DNA of 30,719 nucleotides. Source: Opitutales bacterium (GTDB lineage: Bacteria; Verrucomicrobiota; Verrucomicrobiia; Opitutales; JABDGR01). The translations under genes and the position numbers were made by a program. This document shows positions 18,264 through 26,352 of the stretch, piece after piece (the first letter of the stretch is position 1; every line of letters begins with the position of its first letter). The stretch is taken from contig DATHOB010000272.1 in the NCBI GenBank assembly GCA_035485355.1, positions 1 through 30,719 of the forward strand, read 5' to 3'. The notes under the pieces are model-generated. The model was not told where the DNA came from, did no database searches, and saw only the letters and a program-made list of their open reading frames with translations.

Positions 18264-19556
18264 ATGAATCCTGATGCCGACTGTTTGCGACGCTATGCGG
18301 AAACGCAGGCCGAGGCGGCGTTTGCCGAGGTCGTGCGGCGGCACACGGATTTTGTCTATTCCGTCGCCCTGCGTGTGACGCTGAACGACGCTTTGGCGCA
18401 GGAGGTGACGCAGATGGTCTTCACCCAACTCGCGCGGCAGGCGGGTGCGCTCAGCAAATACGACACGATTGCCGGCTGGTTGCACACCACCGCGCGGCAC
18501 TGCGCCATCAACACCATCCGCGGCGAGGAACGCCGCCGCGCCCGCGAACACGAGGCCACTCTCATGCAAACCATCGCCACCACGTCGGAGGTCCATTGGG
18601 AACAGCTTCGGCCCATTTTGGACGAAGCCGTGGGGCAGCTCCGCGAGGACGACCGCAAGGCTGTGCTCCTGCGTTATTTCAACAACCTCAGCCACCAGGA
18701 AGTCGGCGCGGTGCTTGGCCTCAGTGAGGACACCGCGCGCAAACGGGTCGATCGCGCGCTGGAAAAACTGCGCGGGTATTTTGCCCAGCGCGGGGTCAAG
18801 GCCACCGCGGCGATTTTGGCGGCGGCCATCAGCACCAACTCGGTGCAGGCCGCGCCCGTGGGCTTGGCGCAAAAGGTGGTGCCCGCGTCGCTGGCAGTGG
18901 CCGGATCGGGTCATGCACTCCTTGGGGCAATTTTTATTATGAGCAACAAAACCAAAATAATCCTGGCCCTCGCGGTCTTGCTATTAATATCCACCGGGCT
19001 TTATTTCGCGTTCGCGGCCCCAAGCGAGCCCAAGAATGTTTCAATCCTAACCAACACATCACTGCAGACCAAGGCAGCCCAAGTGGTCACAACCCCCAGC
19101 TCCACCGCAGCCCCGGTGCCAGCCCCCGCGCCTATATCTCCCGCGCCGGTGACTCCGCCGGCGGTGCAAGAGGCGGCCGTGGCAACTACGGCTTCCGCGC
19201 CGTTTCAAGCAGTCGCAAATGCAGCTCCTGCCGCCCAGCTTAATGTGGACACCGCGATGACCGATTTTGCCAGCCTGTTGCAGGCAGGCGACTATGCCAA
19301 GGCGGTGGAGACTTACATGCAAATTCCGGCGACTGTTTCCGGTCAACAATTGGTGGATGGCCTGCAAAAAAATCCGGATTTTATGAAAACGGTGCAGATG
19401 TTGATCAATTCCACGCAATCGGCCCAAACCGTCACGCCGACTTATAATGACGCGGGCGACCTGGCCACCTACAACCTTAATTCGCCCACGAATGGCAAGA
19501 CCATGGTGCGGTGGAAAAAGATCAAAGGGCTGTGGTTTGTGGATGCCTTTGAATAG
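18264..19556 (+). CDS. ECF sigma-70 factor with TM helix and extracytoplasmic domain (copy 2)
   Basis: AAFAEVVRRHTDFVYSVA, GWLHTT, SHQEVGAVLGLSEDTARKRVDRALEKLR; TM IILALAVLLLISTGLYFAF; Pro/Ala linker; C-terminal domain ending WKKIKGLWFV. Confidence 0.9.
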   Translation: MNPDADCLRRYAETQAEAAFAEVVRRHTDFVYSVALRVTLNDALAQEVTQMVFTQLARQAGALSKYDTIAGWLHTTARHCAINTIRGEERRRAREHEATLMQTIATTSEVHWEQLRPILDEAVGQLREDDRKAVLLRYFNNLSHQEVGAVLGLSEDTARKRVDRALEKLRGYFAQRGVKATAAILAAAISTNSVQAAPVGLAQKVVPASLAVAGSGHALLGAIFIMSNKTKIILALAVLLLISTGLYFAFAAPSEPKNVSILTNTSLQTKAAQVVTTPSSTAAPVPAPAPISPAPVTPPAVQEAAVATTASAPFQAVANAAPAAQLNVDTAMTDFASLLQAGDYAKAVETYMQIPATVSGQQLVDGLQKNPDFMKTVQMLINSTQSAQTVTPTYNDAGDLATYNLNSPTNGKTMVRWKKIKGLWFVDAFE

Positions 19557-19591
19557 TTCCTGGCCAAAAAAACGCCGGGAGGGGAATATTT

Positions 19592-19624
19592 TTGTCAGGT
19601 ATTCGGGCGGGTGACGGCTATAAT
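19592..19624 (+). promoter_or_regulatory. TTGTC-N22-TATAAT motif upstream of ECF copy 3
   Basis: Shared by all three ECF genes. Confidence 0.5.
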
Positions 19625-19635
19625 ACAAATAGCCC

Positions 19636-20940
19636 ATGACTCCCGACCAGGAATTGCTCCGTCAATACGCCGAGGAAGGCTCCGATGCCGCCTTTGGCGA
19701 ATTAGTGCGCCGACAGGTGAATTTTGTGCATTCCGTCGCCGTGCGGGTGGTCGCGCCGGACACCCATCTCGCCGAGGACGTCACGCAGCGGGTTTTTACC
19801 GACCTCGCGCGCAAGGCCCGCCCGCTTTCCCGCCATGCCTGCCTCGCCGGTTGGCTGCACCGCACCACACGCTACACCGCGATTTCCGCCATCCGCAGCG
19901 AGCAGCGCCGCCGCGCGCGCGAACACGAGGCCGCCACCATGCAAACACTGAACACCACCCCGGAACTGAATTGGGAACAAATGCGTCCGTTGCTGGATGC
20001 GGCGGTGGACCAGCTGGGGCCGCTCGACCGTGAAGCCGTCTTACTCCGTTTCTTTCACGGCCAAAGCCATCGCGAGATTGGCGCTGCCCTTGGCCTAAGC
20101 GAAAACTCCGCCAATAAACGCATCGAACGCGCGCTGGAAAAACTGCGTGGGTATTTTGCACGGCGGGGAGTGACGACGACCTCGGCGATTCTCGCCACGG
20201 CCATCAGCGCAAATTCCGTGCAGGCCGCGCCAGCGGGGCTGGCGGAAAAAGTGGGGCGGGCGGCATTGGTCGGTTCCGGCGTGCTGATGGTGGGAGCTGG
20301 CGGCGCATTTTTGACGGCAATTCTTTTTATGAGCACAAAAACCAAAATCATTCTCGCCGTCGCCATCATGGTGGCGTTGGTGGCCACAGTCGCGATAAGT
20401 TGGAACAACTGGCTTAAACCCGCGGTGGGGACGGGTTTTGAAGACCGCTGGGCTCCAGCACCCGAATTGCCGAAAACATCCACGATTGCCGCGCCCGCTC
20501 TTCCGCCCGCGCCTTCGGTCGCCGTTGCTACCGGAACAACATCCGCCGCGACCTCATCGGCAACCGTCAACGACCCGCAGGCAGAGTTAAGCACCGCGTT
20601 GCCGGACTTGATCACGTTGATTCAAAATGGCGATCTATTCACTGCCTATATGCGGTATATGCCGCCGTCTTACTTTGCCTCAATGCCGCAAAATGTGAAA
20701 GATCAGCTGGCCCAGCAGGAGGCCAACCTGCTGGCGGACCCGAACACGGCCCCTCGCAGGCAACAGTTGGTGCAGGCGCTGCAAGCCATGCAGACCCTGG
20801 TGCCGACCATGAACGCTGCGGGCGACACCGCCACCTATGACCTTCCCTTTCCGGCCGGCAACCCGGATGTGCAAAAAATTTCCTTCATCAAAGTTGACGG
20901 CAAATGGTATTTGTCGCCGGGGGCGAATGCGTTGTTTTAG
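19636..20940 (+). CDS. ECF sigma-70 factor with TM helix and extracytoplasmic domain (copy 3, tandem paralog of copy 2)
   Basis: AAFGELVRRQVNFVHSVA, GWLHRT, SHREIGAALGLSENSANKRIERALEKLR; TM; C-terminal domain ending FIKVDGKWYL. Confidence 0.9.
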   Translation: MTPDQELLRQYAEEGSDAAFGELVRRQVNFVHSVAVRVVAPDTHLAEDVTQRVFTDLARKARPLSRHACLAGWLHRTTRYTAISAIRSEQRRRAREHEAATMQTLNTTPELNWEQMRPLLDAAVDQLGPLDREAVLLRFFHGQSHREIGAALGLSENSANKRIERALEKLRGYFARRGVTTTSAILATAISANSVQAAPAGLAEKVGRAALVGSGVLMVGAGGAFLTAILFMSTKTKIILAVAIMVALVATVAISWNNWLKPAVGTGFEDRWAPAPELPKTSTIAAPALPPAPSVAVATGTTSAATSSATVNDPQAELSTALPDLITLIQNGDLFTAYMRYMPPSYFASMPQNVKDQLAQQEANLLADPNTAPRRQQLVQALQAMQTLVPTMNAAGDTATYDLPFPAGNPDVQKISFIKVDGKWYLSPGANALF

Positions 20941-21047
20941 ATCAAAATTGACGGAGTTAAATTATGCTATAAATCAACAACTTATAAAATAAAACTCGAC
21001 TCGCAATGTTATTTATGGTTCTTTGGGTAACGAACCTAAGATAAACT

Positions 21048-21713
21048 GTGGCGACGAAGTCTAAACTCAAAACACCACCAACCCCATCGGGATTGCGGGA
21101 GCATCTGTATCCGCATTTCGATAAAATGCTGCCGCGCGCCGATAAAGAGGCGCGATTGGGGCAGCGTGGGGTGGTGTGCTGGTTGTATGGGTTGTCGGGG
21201 TCGGGCAAAAGCACGCTGGTGTTGGGCTTGGAGCGCGAGTTGTTTGCCGCCGGGCGCGCGGTGCAGGTGCTGGATGGTGACAACATCCGCACGGGGCTGA
21301 ACCGCGATTTGGGCTTTAGCGAGGCCGAGCGGCGTGAAAACATCCGCCGCATTGCCGAGGTGGCCAAGTTGTTTGCCCAATCGGGCGTCATCGTGCTGGC
21401 GTCGTTCATCACGCCACGCGAAAGTTTGCGCGCACTCGCGCGGGAAATCATCGGCGCGGAAGATTTTTTGGGCGTGTATGTGAAGGCGTCGTTTGCCACC
21501 TGCGCGGCGCGCGACCCGAAGGGGTTGTATAAAAAAGCGCAGGCGGGCGCGGTAAAGCAATTCACCGGGCGCGACCAGGAATTTGAGGAACCGGTGGCAA
21601 ATTCAGAAGATTTGGTCTTGGACACGGAAAAGTTGGACTATCCCACCTCGCTCAAAAAACTGCAGACGGTTCTTCAAACACGTTATACGTCACGCACAAA
21701 AACTAAGAACTAA
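21048..21713 (+). CDS. cysC: Adenylyl-sulfate (APS) kinase
   Basis: WLYGLSGSGKST P-loop, LDGDNIRTGLNRDLGFS, RDPKGLYKKA; GTG start. Confidence 0.95.
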   Translation: MATKSKLKTPPTPSGLREHLYPHFDKMLPRADKEARLGQRGVVCWLYGLSGSGKSTLVLGLERELFAAGRAVQVLDGDNIRTGLNRDLGFSEAERRENIRRIAEVAKLFAQSGVIVLASFITPRESLRALAREIIGAEDFLGVYVKASFATCAARDPKGLYKKAQAGAVKQFTGRDQEFEEPVANSEDLVLDTEKLDYPTSLKKLQTVLQTRYTSRTKTKN

Positions 21714-21735
21714 GAACCAAGAACCAAGAACCAAG
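21701..21735 (+). repeat. Heptamer tandem array (AACYAAG)x5
   Basis: AACTAAG AACTAAG AACCAAG AACCAAG AACCAAG; contains the cysC stop and ends 20 nt before the cysD ATG. Confidence 0.9.
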
Positions 21736-21755
21736 CCCCCCAAAAACTTTTTCCC

Positions 21756-22661
21756 ATGCCCTCCTATCTCGTCAACCATCTTGCCCAGCTCGAAGCCGAG
21801 GCGATTTACGTACTGCGCGAAACCGCGGCGCAATTCCAGCGCCCGGTCCTGCTCTTTTCCGGCGGCAAGGATTCCATTGTGATGACGTGGCTCGCGCGCA
21901 AGGCGTTCTGGCCCGCGCGCATCCCGTTCCCACTCGTGCATATCGACACGGGGCACAACTTTCCGGAGACGATTACCTTTCGCGACGATTTTGTGAAGCT
22001 GATGGATGCGAAGCTCGAAGTGGGCCTCGTGGAGGACAGCATCCGGCAGGGCAAAGTCGTCGAGGAAAAAGGGCCGATGGCGAGCCGCAACAAATTGCAG
22101 ACGGTGACGTTGCTGGACAAACTGGCCGCGCTCGAGGCGGATGCCGCGCTGGGCGGCGGGCGGCGCGACGAGGAAAAGGCGCGCGCGAAAGAGCGGTTCT
22201 TCTCGCATCGCAATCATTTCGGCGAATGGGACCCCAAAAACCAGCGCCCGGAATTGTGGAACATTTTCAACGGTCGCAAACATTTCGGCGAACACTTCCG
22301 CGTGTTTCCGCTCTCGAACTGGACGGAGATGGACGTGTGGCAATACATCAAGCAGGAGAAAATTCCGCTGCCGGGTTTGTATTTCGCGCACAAGCGTCCC
22401 ATCCTCGAGCGCAGCGGCATGTTGATCGGGGTCACAGATTTTATCACCCTGCTGCCGGGCGAAAAGCCGGTGGAGCAAGTGGTGCGCTTCCGCACGGTCG
22501 GTGATGCCACCTGCACCGGCGCCGTCTCCTCTTCGGCCTCCACCTTGGACGAAATCATCGACGAAGTCGCCGCCGCCCGCGTCACGGAGCGCGGGGGCCG
22601 CGCCGACGACAAACGCTCCGAAACCGCGATGGAAGACCGAAAAAAAGAAGGATATTTTTAA
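21756..22661 (+). CDS. cysD: Sulfate adenylyltransferase subunit 2
   Basis: LLFSGGKDS PP-loop, GGGRRDEEKARAKER, WDPKNQRPELW, RVFPLSNWTE, MEDRKKEGYF. Confidence 0.97.
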   Translation: MPSYLVNHLAQLEAEAIYVLRETAAQFQRPVLLFSGGKDSIVMTWLARKAFWPARIPFPLVHIDTGHNFPETITFRDDFVKLMDAKLEVGLVEDSIRQGKVVEEKGPMASRNKLQTVTLLDKLAALEADAALGGGRRDEEKARAKERFFSHRNHFGEWDPKNQRPELWNIFNGRKHFGEHFRVFPLSNWTEMDVWQYIKQEKIPLPGLYFAHKRPILERSGMLIGVTDFITLLPGEKPVEQVVRFRTVGDATCTGAVSSSASTLDEIIDEVAAARVTERGGRADDKRSETAMEDRKKEGYF

Positions 22662-22698
22662 AGAGTGTTTTTGTGTCTTGGTGCATGGTGTTTTAGTG
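22660..22698. repeat. Left octamer array (TTTTAGTG-type) flanking the four-helix-bundle gene
   Basis: AAAGAGTG TTTTTGTG TCTTGGTG CATGGTG TTTTAGTG; imperfect reverse complement of 23218-23257. Confidence 0.85.
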
Positions 22699-22776
22699 CC
22701 ATGTCCAATTTCACGCTCCATTCCACGCACCTCCATTAAATTAACTCCATAACCCACCAAGGAATTTTGCTCTGCC

Positions 22777-23151
22777 GTGCTGATTAAAAAATTTGAGGAT
22801 ATTCGATCTTGGCAAATCTCGCGCGAGCTGGTGCGGGAGGTTTACTCCATTTCCAGCAAGGGCGCGCTGGCGAAGGATTTCGGGCTGAAAGACCAGATGC
22901 GGCGCGCTGCCGGCTCCATCATGCACAATATTGCCGAGGGTTTTGGGAGCGGCAGCCGTCCGGAATTCATTCGTTTTTTGCGCTATGCCCAACGCTCGGC
23001 TACCGAATTGATGAGCCAACTCTATATCGCCCTGGACCAAGCTTACATAACCCAAGACCAGTTCGAGCAATTACGCAAACTTGCCGAAGACGCCCACGCA
23101 ACCATTGGGGGATTCATCAAACACCTTCAGACAAAGAAACCCACAGGTTAA
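22777..23151 (+). CDS. Four-helix-bundle protein (23S rRNA IVS-encoded-like family)
   Basis: FEDIRSWQISREL, FGLKDQMRRAAGSIMHNIAEG, EFIRFLRYAQRSATELMSQL; 124 aa; GTG start. Confidence 0.93.
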   Translation: MLIKKFEDIRSWQISRELVREVYSISSKGALAKDFGLKDQMRRAAGSIMHNIAEGFGSGSRPEFIRFLRYAQRSATELMSQLYIALDQAYITQDQFEQLRKLAEDAHATIGGFIKHLQTKKPTG

Positions 23152-23217
23152 ACGCCAAGAGTATGCTTTTTCTTTCACGACACATCATTACAGGCACAAA
23201 AAAACCAGGTACCAATT

Positions 23218-23257
23218 CACTAAAACACTAATTCACCAAAACACTAAAACACTTTTC
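23218..23257. repeat. Right octamer array (CACTAAAA-type) flanking the four-helix-bundle gene
   Basis: CACTAAAA CACTAATT CACCAAAA CACTAAAA CACTTTTC; ends 3 nt before the cysN ATG. Confidence 0.88.
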
Positions 23258-23260
23258 ACT

Positions 23261-24526
23261 ATGAGCACTGGTTATCTGGGCATGGATTTACTTCGCTTTA
23301 CGACGGCGGGCAGCGTGGACGACGGCAAGAGCACGCTGATTGGGCGCTTGCTGTATGACAGCAAGAACATCTTCGAGGATCAGCTCGAGGCGGTCGAGCG
23401 CGCGTCCAAGCAACGCGGCACGGACTATGTGGACCTCGCGCTGTTGACCGACGGGCTGCGCGCCGAGCGCGAGCAGGGCATCACCATCGATGTGGCCTAT
23501 CGCTATTTCGCCACGCCGCGGCGCAAATTCATCATCGCCGACACCCCGGGGCACATCCAATACACGCGCAACATGGTCACGGGCGCCTCGACGGCGAACC
23601 TCGCCATCGTGCTGATTGACGCGCGCAAAGGGGTCATCGAGCAGACCTGCCGCCACGCGTTCATCGCCAATCTCCTGCGCATCCAGCACGTCGTTATTGC
23701 CGTGAATAAAATGGATTTGGTGGAATACAAGGAAGAGACGTTCAAGGAAATTTGCGCGGCGTTCAAGCAGTTCGCGTCGCGGCTCGACAATCTGGTCGAG
23801 ATGACGTTCATCCCCATCTCGGCGCTCAAGGGCGACAACGTGGTGGATAAATCCACCCACATGCCGTGGTATCAGGGGCCGACTTTGCTTTACCATTTGG
23901 AGACGGTGTATGTGCGGCCCGACGCCAACCATGTCGAGGCGCGTTTCCCCGTGCAGTATGTGATCCGCCCGCACATTGCGAAATACCACGATTTCCGCGG
24001 CTACGCCGGGCGCGTGGCCGGCGGGGTGTTCAAAACCGGGGACGACGTGGTCGCGCTGCCCTCGGGCTTCAAGACGAAGGTGACGGGCGTGCACACCATG
24101 GGCGGCGAATTGCCCGAGGCCTTTGCGCCATTGTCCGTCGCCATCACGCTGGCGGATGAAATCGACATCGGCCGCGGCGACATGCTGGTGAAGGAAAACA
24201 ACCCGCCGCAAATCGGCCAGGAGATCGAGGCTATGGTCTGCTGGTTCTCCGAGACGAAGCTGAAGCCGCAGGGCCGCTACGTGATACGCCACACCACGCG
24301 CGAGCTCCGCGCCATCGTGCGCGAGGTGCGCTACAAGGTGGACATCAACACGCTGCACAAAATCGAGGACAATTTGGAAATAGGGCTCAACGATATCGGG
24401 CGGCTGAGCCTGCGCACGTCCGGCCCGCTGTTTTTCGACAGCTACCAAAAGAACCGCACCACCGGCAGCTTCATCCTCATCGACGAGCAATCCAACGCGA
24501 CCGTCGCCGCGGGGATGATTATCTGA
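23261..24526 (+). CDS. cysN: Sulfate adenylyltransferase subunit 1 (GTPase)
   Basis: LLRFTTAGSVDDGKSTLIGRLL, AEREQGITIDVAYRYF, ADTPGH, NKMD. Start placed at ATG 23261; the track start at 23081 runs through the repeat arm. No fused CysC domain. Confidence 0.96.
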   Translation: MSTGYLGMDLLRFTTAGSVDDGKSTLIGRLLYDSKNIFEDQLEAVERASKQRGTDYVDLALLTDGLRAEREQGITIDVAYRYFATPRRKFIIADTPGHIQYTRNMVTGASTANLAIVLIDARKGVIEQTCRHAFIANLLRIQHVVIAVNKMDLVEYKEETFKEICAAFKQFASRLDNLVEMTFIPISALKGDNVVDKSTHMPWYQGPTLLYHLETVYVRPDANHVEARFPVQYVIRPHIAKYHDFRGYAGRVAGGVFKTGDDVVALPSGFKTKVTGVHTMGGELPEAFAPLSVAITLADEIDIGRGDMLVKENNPPQIGQEIEAMVCWFSETKLKPQGRYVIRHTTRELRAIVREVRYKVDINTLHKIEDNLEIGLNDIGRLSLRTSGPLFFDSYQKNRTTGSFILIDEQSNATVAAGMII

Positions 24527-24597
24527 GCGAAGTTGCCGAGGAGCAAAGTGAGTAAACAGTAAATCTCCGCAGCTCCGGCATTTTCTCCAAAAATAAA

Positions 24598-24627
24598 GGC
24601 GGGCCGCCTACCCCTAAGCGGCCCGCC
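24598..24627 (-). terminator. GC-rich hairpin, U-tract on minus strand (possibly bidirectional)
   Basis: GGCGGGCCGC-N10-GCGGCCCGCC perfect 10-bp stem; TTTATTTTT follows on the minus strand, a weaker T-run on the plus strand. Confidence 0.65.
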
Positions 24628-24935
24628 ACTGATTTTCTATTTCGTTGCTGCTGTTACCCCATTCTCCCGGAGGAGAATGACCTTCTCTACACCATCTTTC
24701 ATGCCAAGTTCCGGAACATCGGAAATACTTTAATTTACTTTCATGTGCCCCGGCAAGTGTCACGCGTGCAAGGGGTTATGGTCATGATTATTTTTCGGCC
24801 AATGAGGGATGCGAACCGTAGAGAAAATTTCATCGTGAAGTTCTGGCGCGCAGACGCGCAAAACAAGCTGGATTGCCCGGGGTTTCACGGCTAAGAAAAT
24901 AAAATATCTTTTCCCCTGTTTATCACCCTTACCCC

Positions 24936-26327
24936 ATGAAACGCCGCCTTTTTCTCCGCAATACCCTCGCTGCTTCCGCCGCCGCTTATATCCCCAGCCG
25001 CCTTTTCGCCGCCGCCCCGGCCGCGTCAACCCCGGCTGCGTCTGCTCCGCCTGCCGGCTCCGCCGCGACTGCGGCCAACACCCCGGCCAAGCCCGCCACG
25101 GTGGACATCGCCACCGCCACCGCCGCGCTGTATAAAATGGGCAAGCGCAACGTCGCGATGCACGACCCCTCGGCCATCGTCAAGTGCAAGGACGAGTATT
25201 GGATCTACCGTTCGCAAAACCAATCCTACCGCTCGAAAGACCTGCTCAATTGGACGGCTGGCCCGCGCAACGCCGTCCTCTCCGCGTCTTTTCCATGGTT
25301 TAATGACGCCGTGCCCGGCTACGCCAATGGCCCCGCGTTTTGGGCGCCCGATTGTATCAAGGTCGGCGACAAATATTTTCTTTTTTACGCGATATCCGCC
25401 TTTGGCAAAAACACCTCGGCCATCGGCCTCGTCACCAGCCCGACACTCGACCCCGCCGATCCCGATTACGCCTGGGCGGATCAGGGCATGGTCGTCAAGT
25501 CCGTCAAAGAAGATAACTTCAACTGCATCGACCCCGCGGCGTGTTTTGACGCCGACGGCAACCTCTGGCTCGCGTTCGGTTCGTTCTGGTCTGGCATCAA
25601 AATGATCGCGCTCGACAAGACGGGCCACCGCATTCCCGACAGCCCCATGCACTCGCTCGCGCAAAACAACGGCCACGCCACTGCCACGCCCGAAGGCGCG
25701 CTGACGGACAGCATCAACAAATCGCAAATCGAGGCCTCCTATATTTATCATCACGAAAATTATTACTACCTCTTCGTCAATTGGGGCTTGTGCTGCCACG
25801 CCCTCGCCAGCACCTACAACATCCGCGTCGGCCGGAGCGAGAAAATCACCGGCCCGTATTTGGACAAGGACGGCAAGGACCTGCTGCACGACGGCGGCAC
25901 GATGTTTTTTGAAAGCTCCGGCCCGCTGCTCGATAGCGCGTCTACTGGCGGCGGCGGGCGCGGTGGGCGGCGCGGGGGTGGGGCGAACAACTCGCAAGTT
26001 CCCGCGCAGGTGCATGCGCTCGTCGGCCCCGGACAGGCGGGAATTTTTCTGGAAAACGGCAAACACTGGTTCACCTGCCATTATTACGACGGCACCGCCA
26101 ACGGTAATTCGTTCCTCATCGTGCGCCCGCTGACGTGGGACAAAGCCACCGGCTGGCCGGTGTTGGAAGAATATGCCGACCCCGTGCCGATTCCCACGCC
26201 CACGCCCCGGGGTGGTGGCGGCGGTGGACGCCGCGGTGGTGGTGCAGTTCCGGCAGCGAGTGGCGCAAGTGCGCCAGCACCGGCGGCAAGTTCGGCGTCT
26301 CCCGCAAGTTCGACCGCGACGAATTAA
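24936..26327 (+). CDS. GH43 endo-1,5-alpha-L-arabinanase-like, Tat-exported
   Basis: Tat signal KRRLFL; HDPS, WAPD, NCIDP, IEAS, NWGLCC, YNIRVGRS motifs. Confidence 0.88.
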   Translation: MKRRLFLRNTLAASAAAYIPSRLFAAAPAASTPAASAPPAGSAATAANTPAKPATVDIATATAALYKMGKRNVAMHDPSAIVKCKDEYWIYRSQNQSYRSKDLLNWTAGPRNAVLSASFPWFNDAVPGYANGPAFWAPDCIKVGDKYFLFYAISAFGKNTSAIGLVTSPTLDPADPDYAWADQGMVVKSVKEDNFNCIDPAACFDADGNLWLAFGSFWSGIKMIALDKTGHRIPDSPMHSLAQNNGHATATPEGALTDSINKSQIEASYIYHHENYYYLFVNWGLCCHALASTYNIRVGRSEKITGPYLDKDGKDLLHDGGTMFFESSGPLLDSASTGGGGRGGRRGGGANNSQVPAQVHALVGPGQAGIFLENGKHWFTCHYYDGTANGNSFLIVRPLTWDKATGWPVLEEYADPVPIPTPTPRGGGGGGRRGGGAVPAASGASAPAPAASSASPASSTATN

Positions 26328-26352
26328 AGCAAACGTGCCGGGAAATGACCGG

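Noticed and set aside
20948-20973. sigma70 promoter TTGACG...TATAAA upstream of cysC
   Set aside because: The spacer is only 14 nt. An extended -10 (TGCTATAAA) is possible but cannot be supported from sequence alone.
21701-21735. CRISPR array or phase-variation tract interpretation of the short tandem arrays
   Set aside because: The units are 7-9 nt with no unique spacers and no cas genes. The array is mostly intergenic, so copy-number change would not frameshift cysD.
23081-23260. N-terminal extension of CysN, or a four-helix-bundle-CysN frameshift fusion
   Set aside because: The extension is translated repeat sequence. AT-rich octamers without an in-frame stop can occur by chance, and no slippery site was identified.
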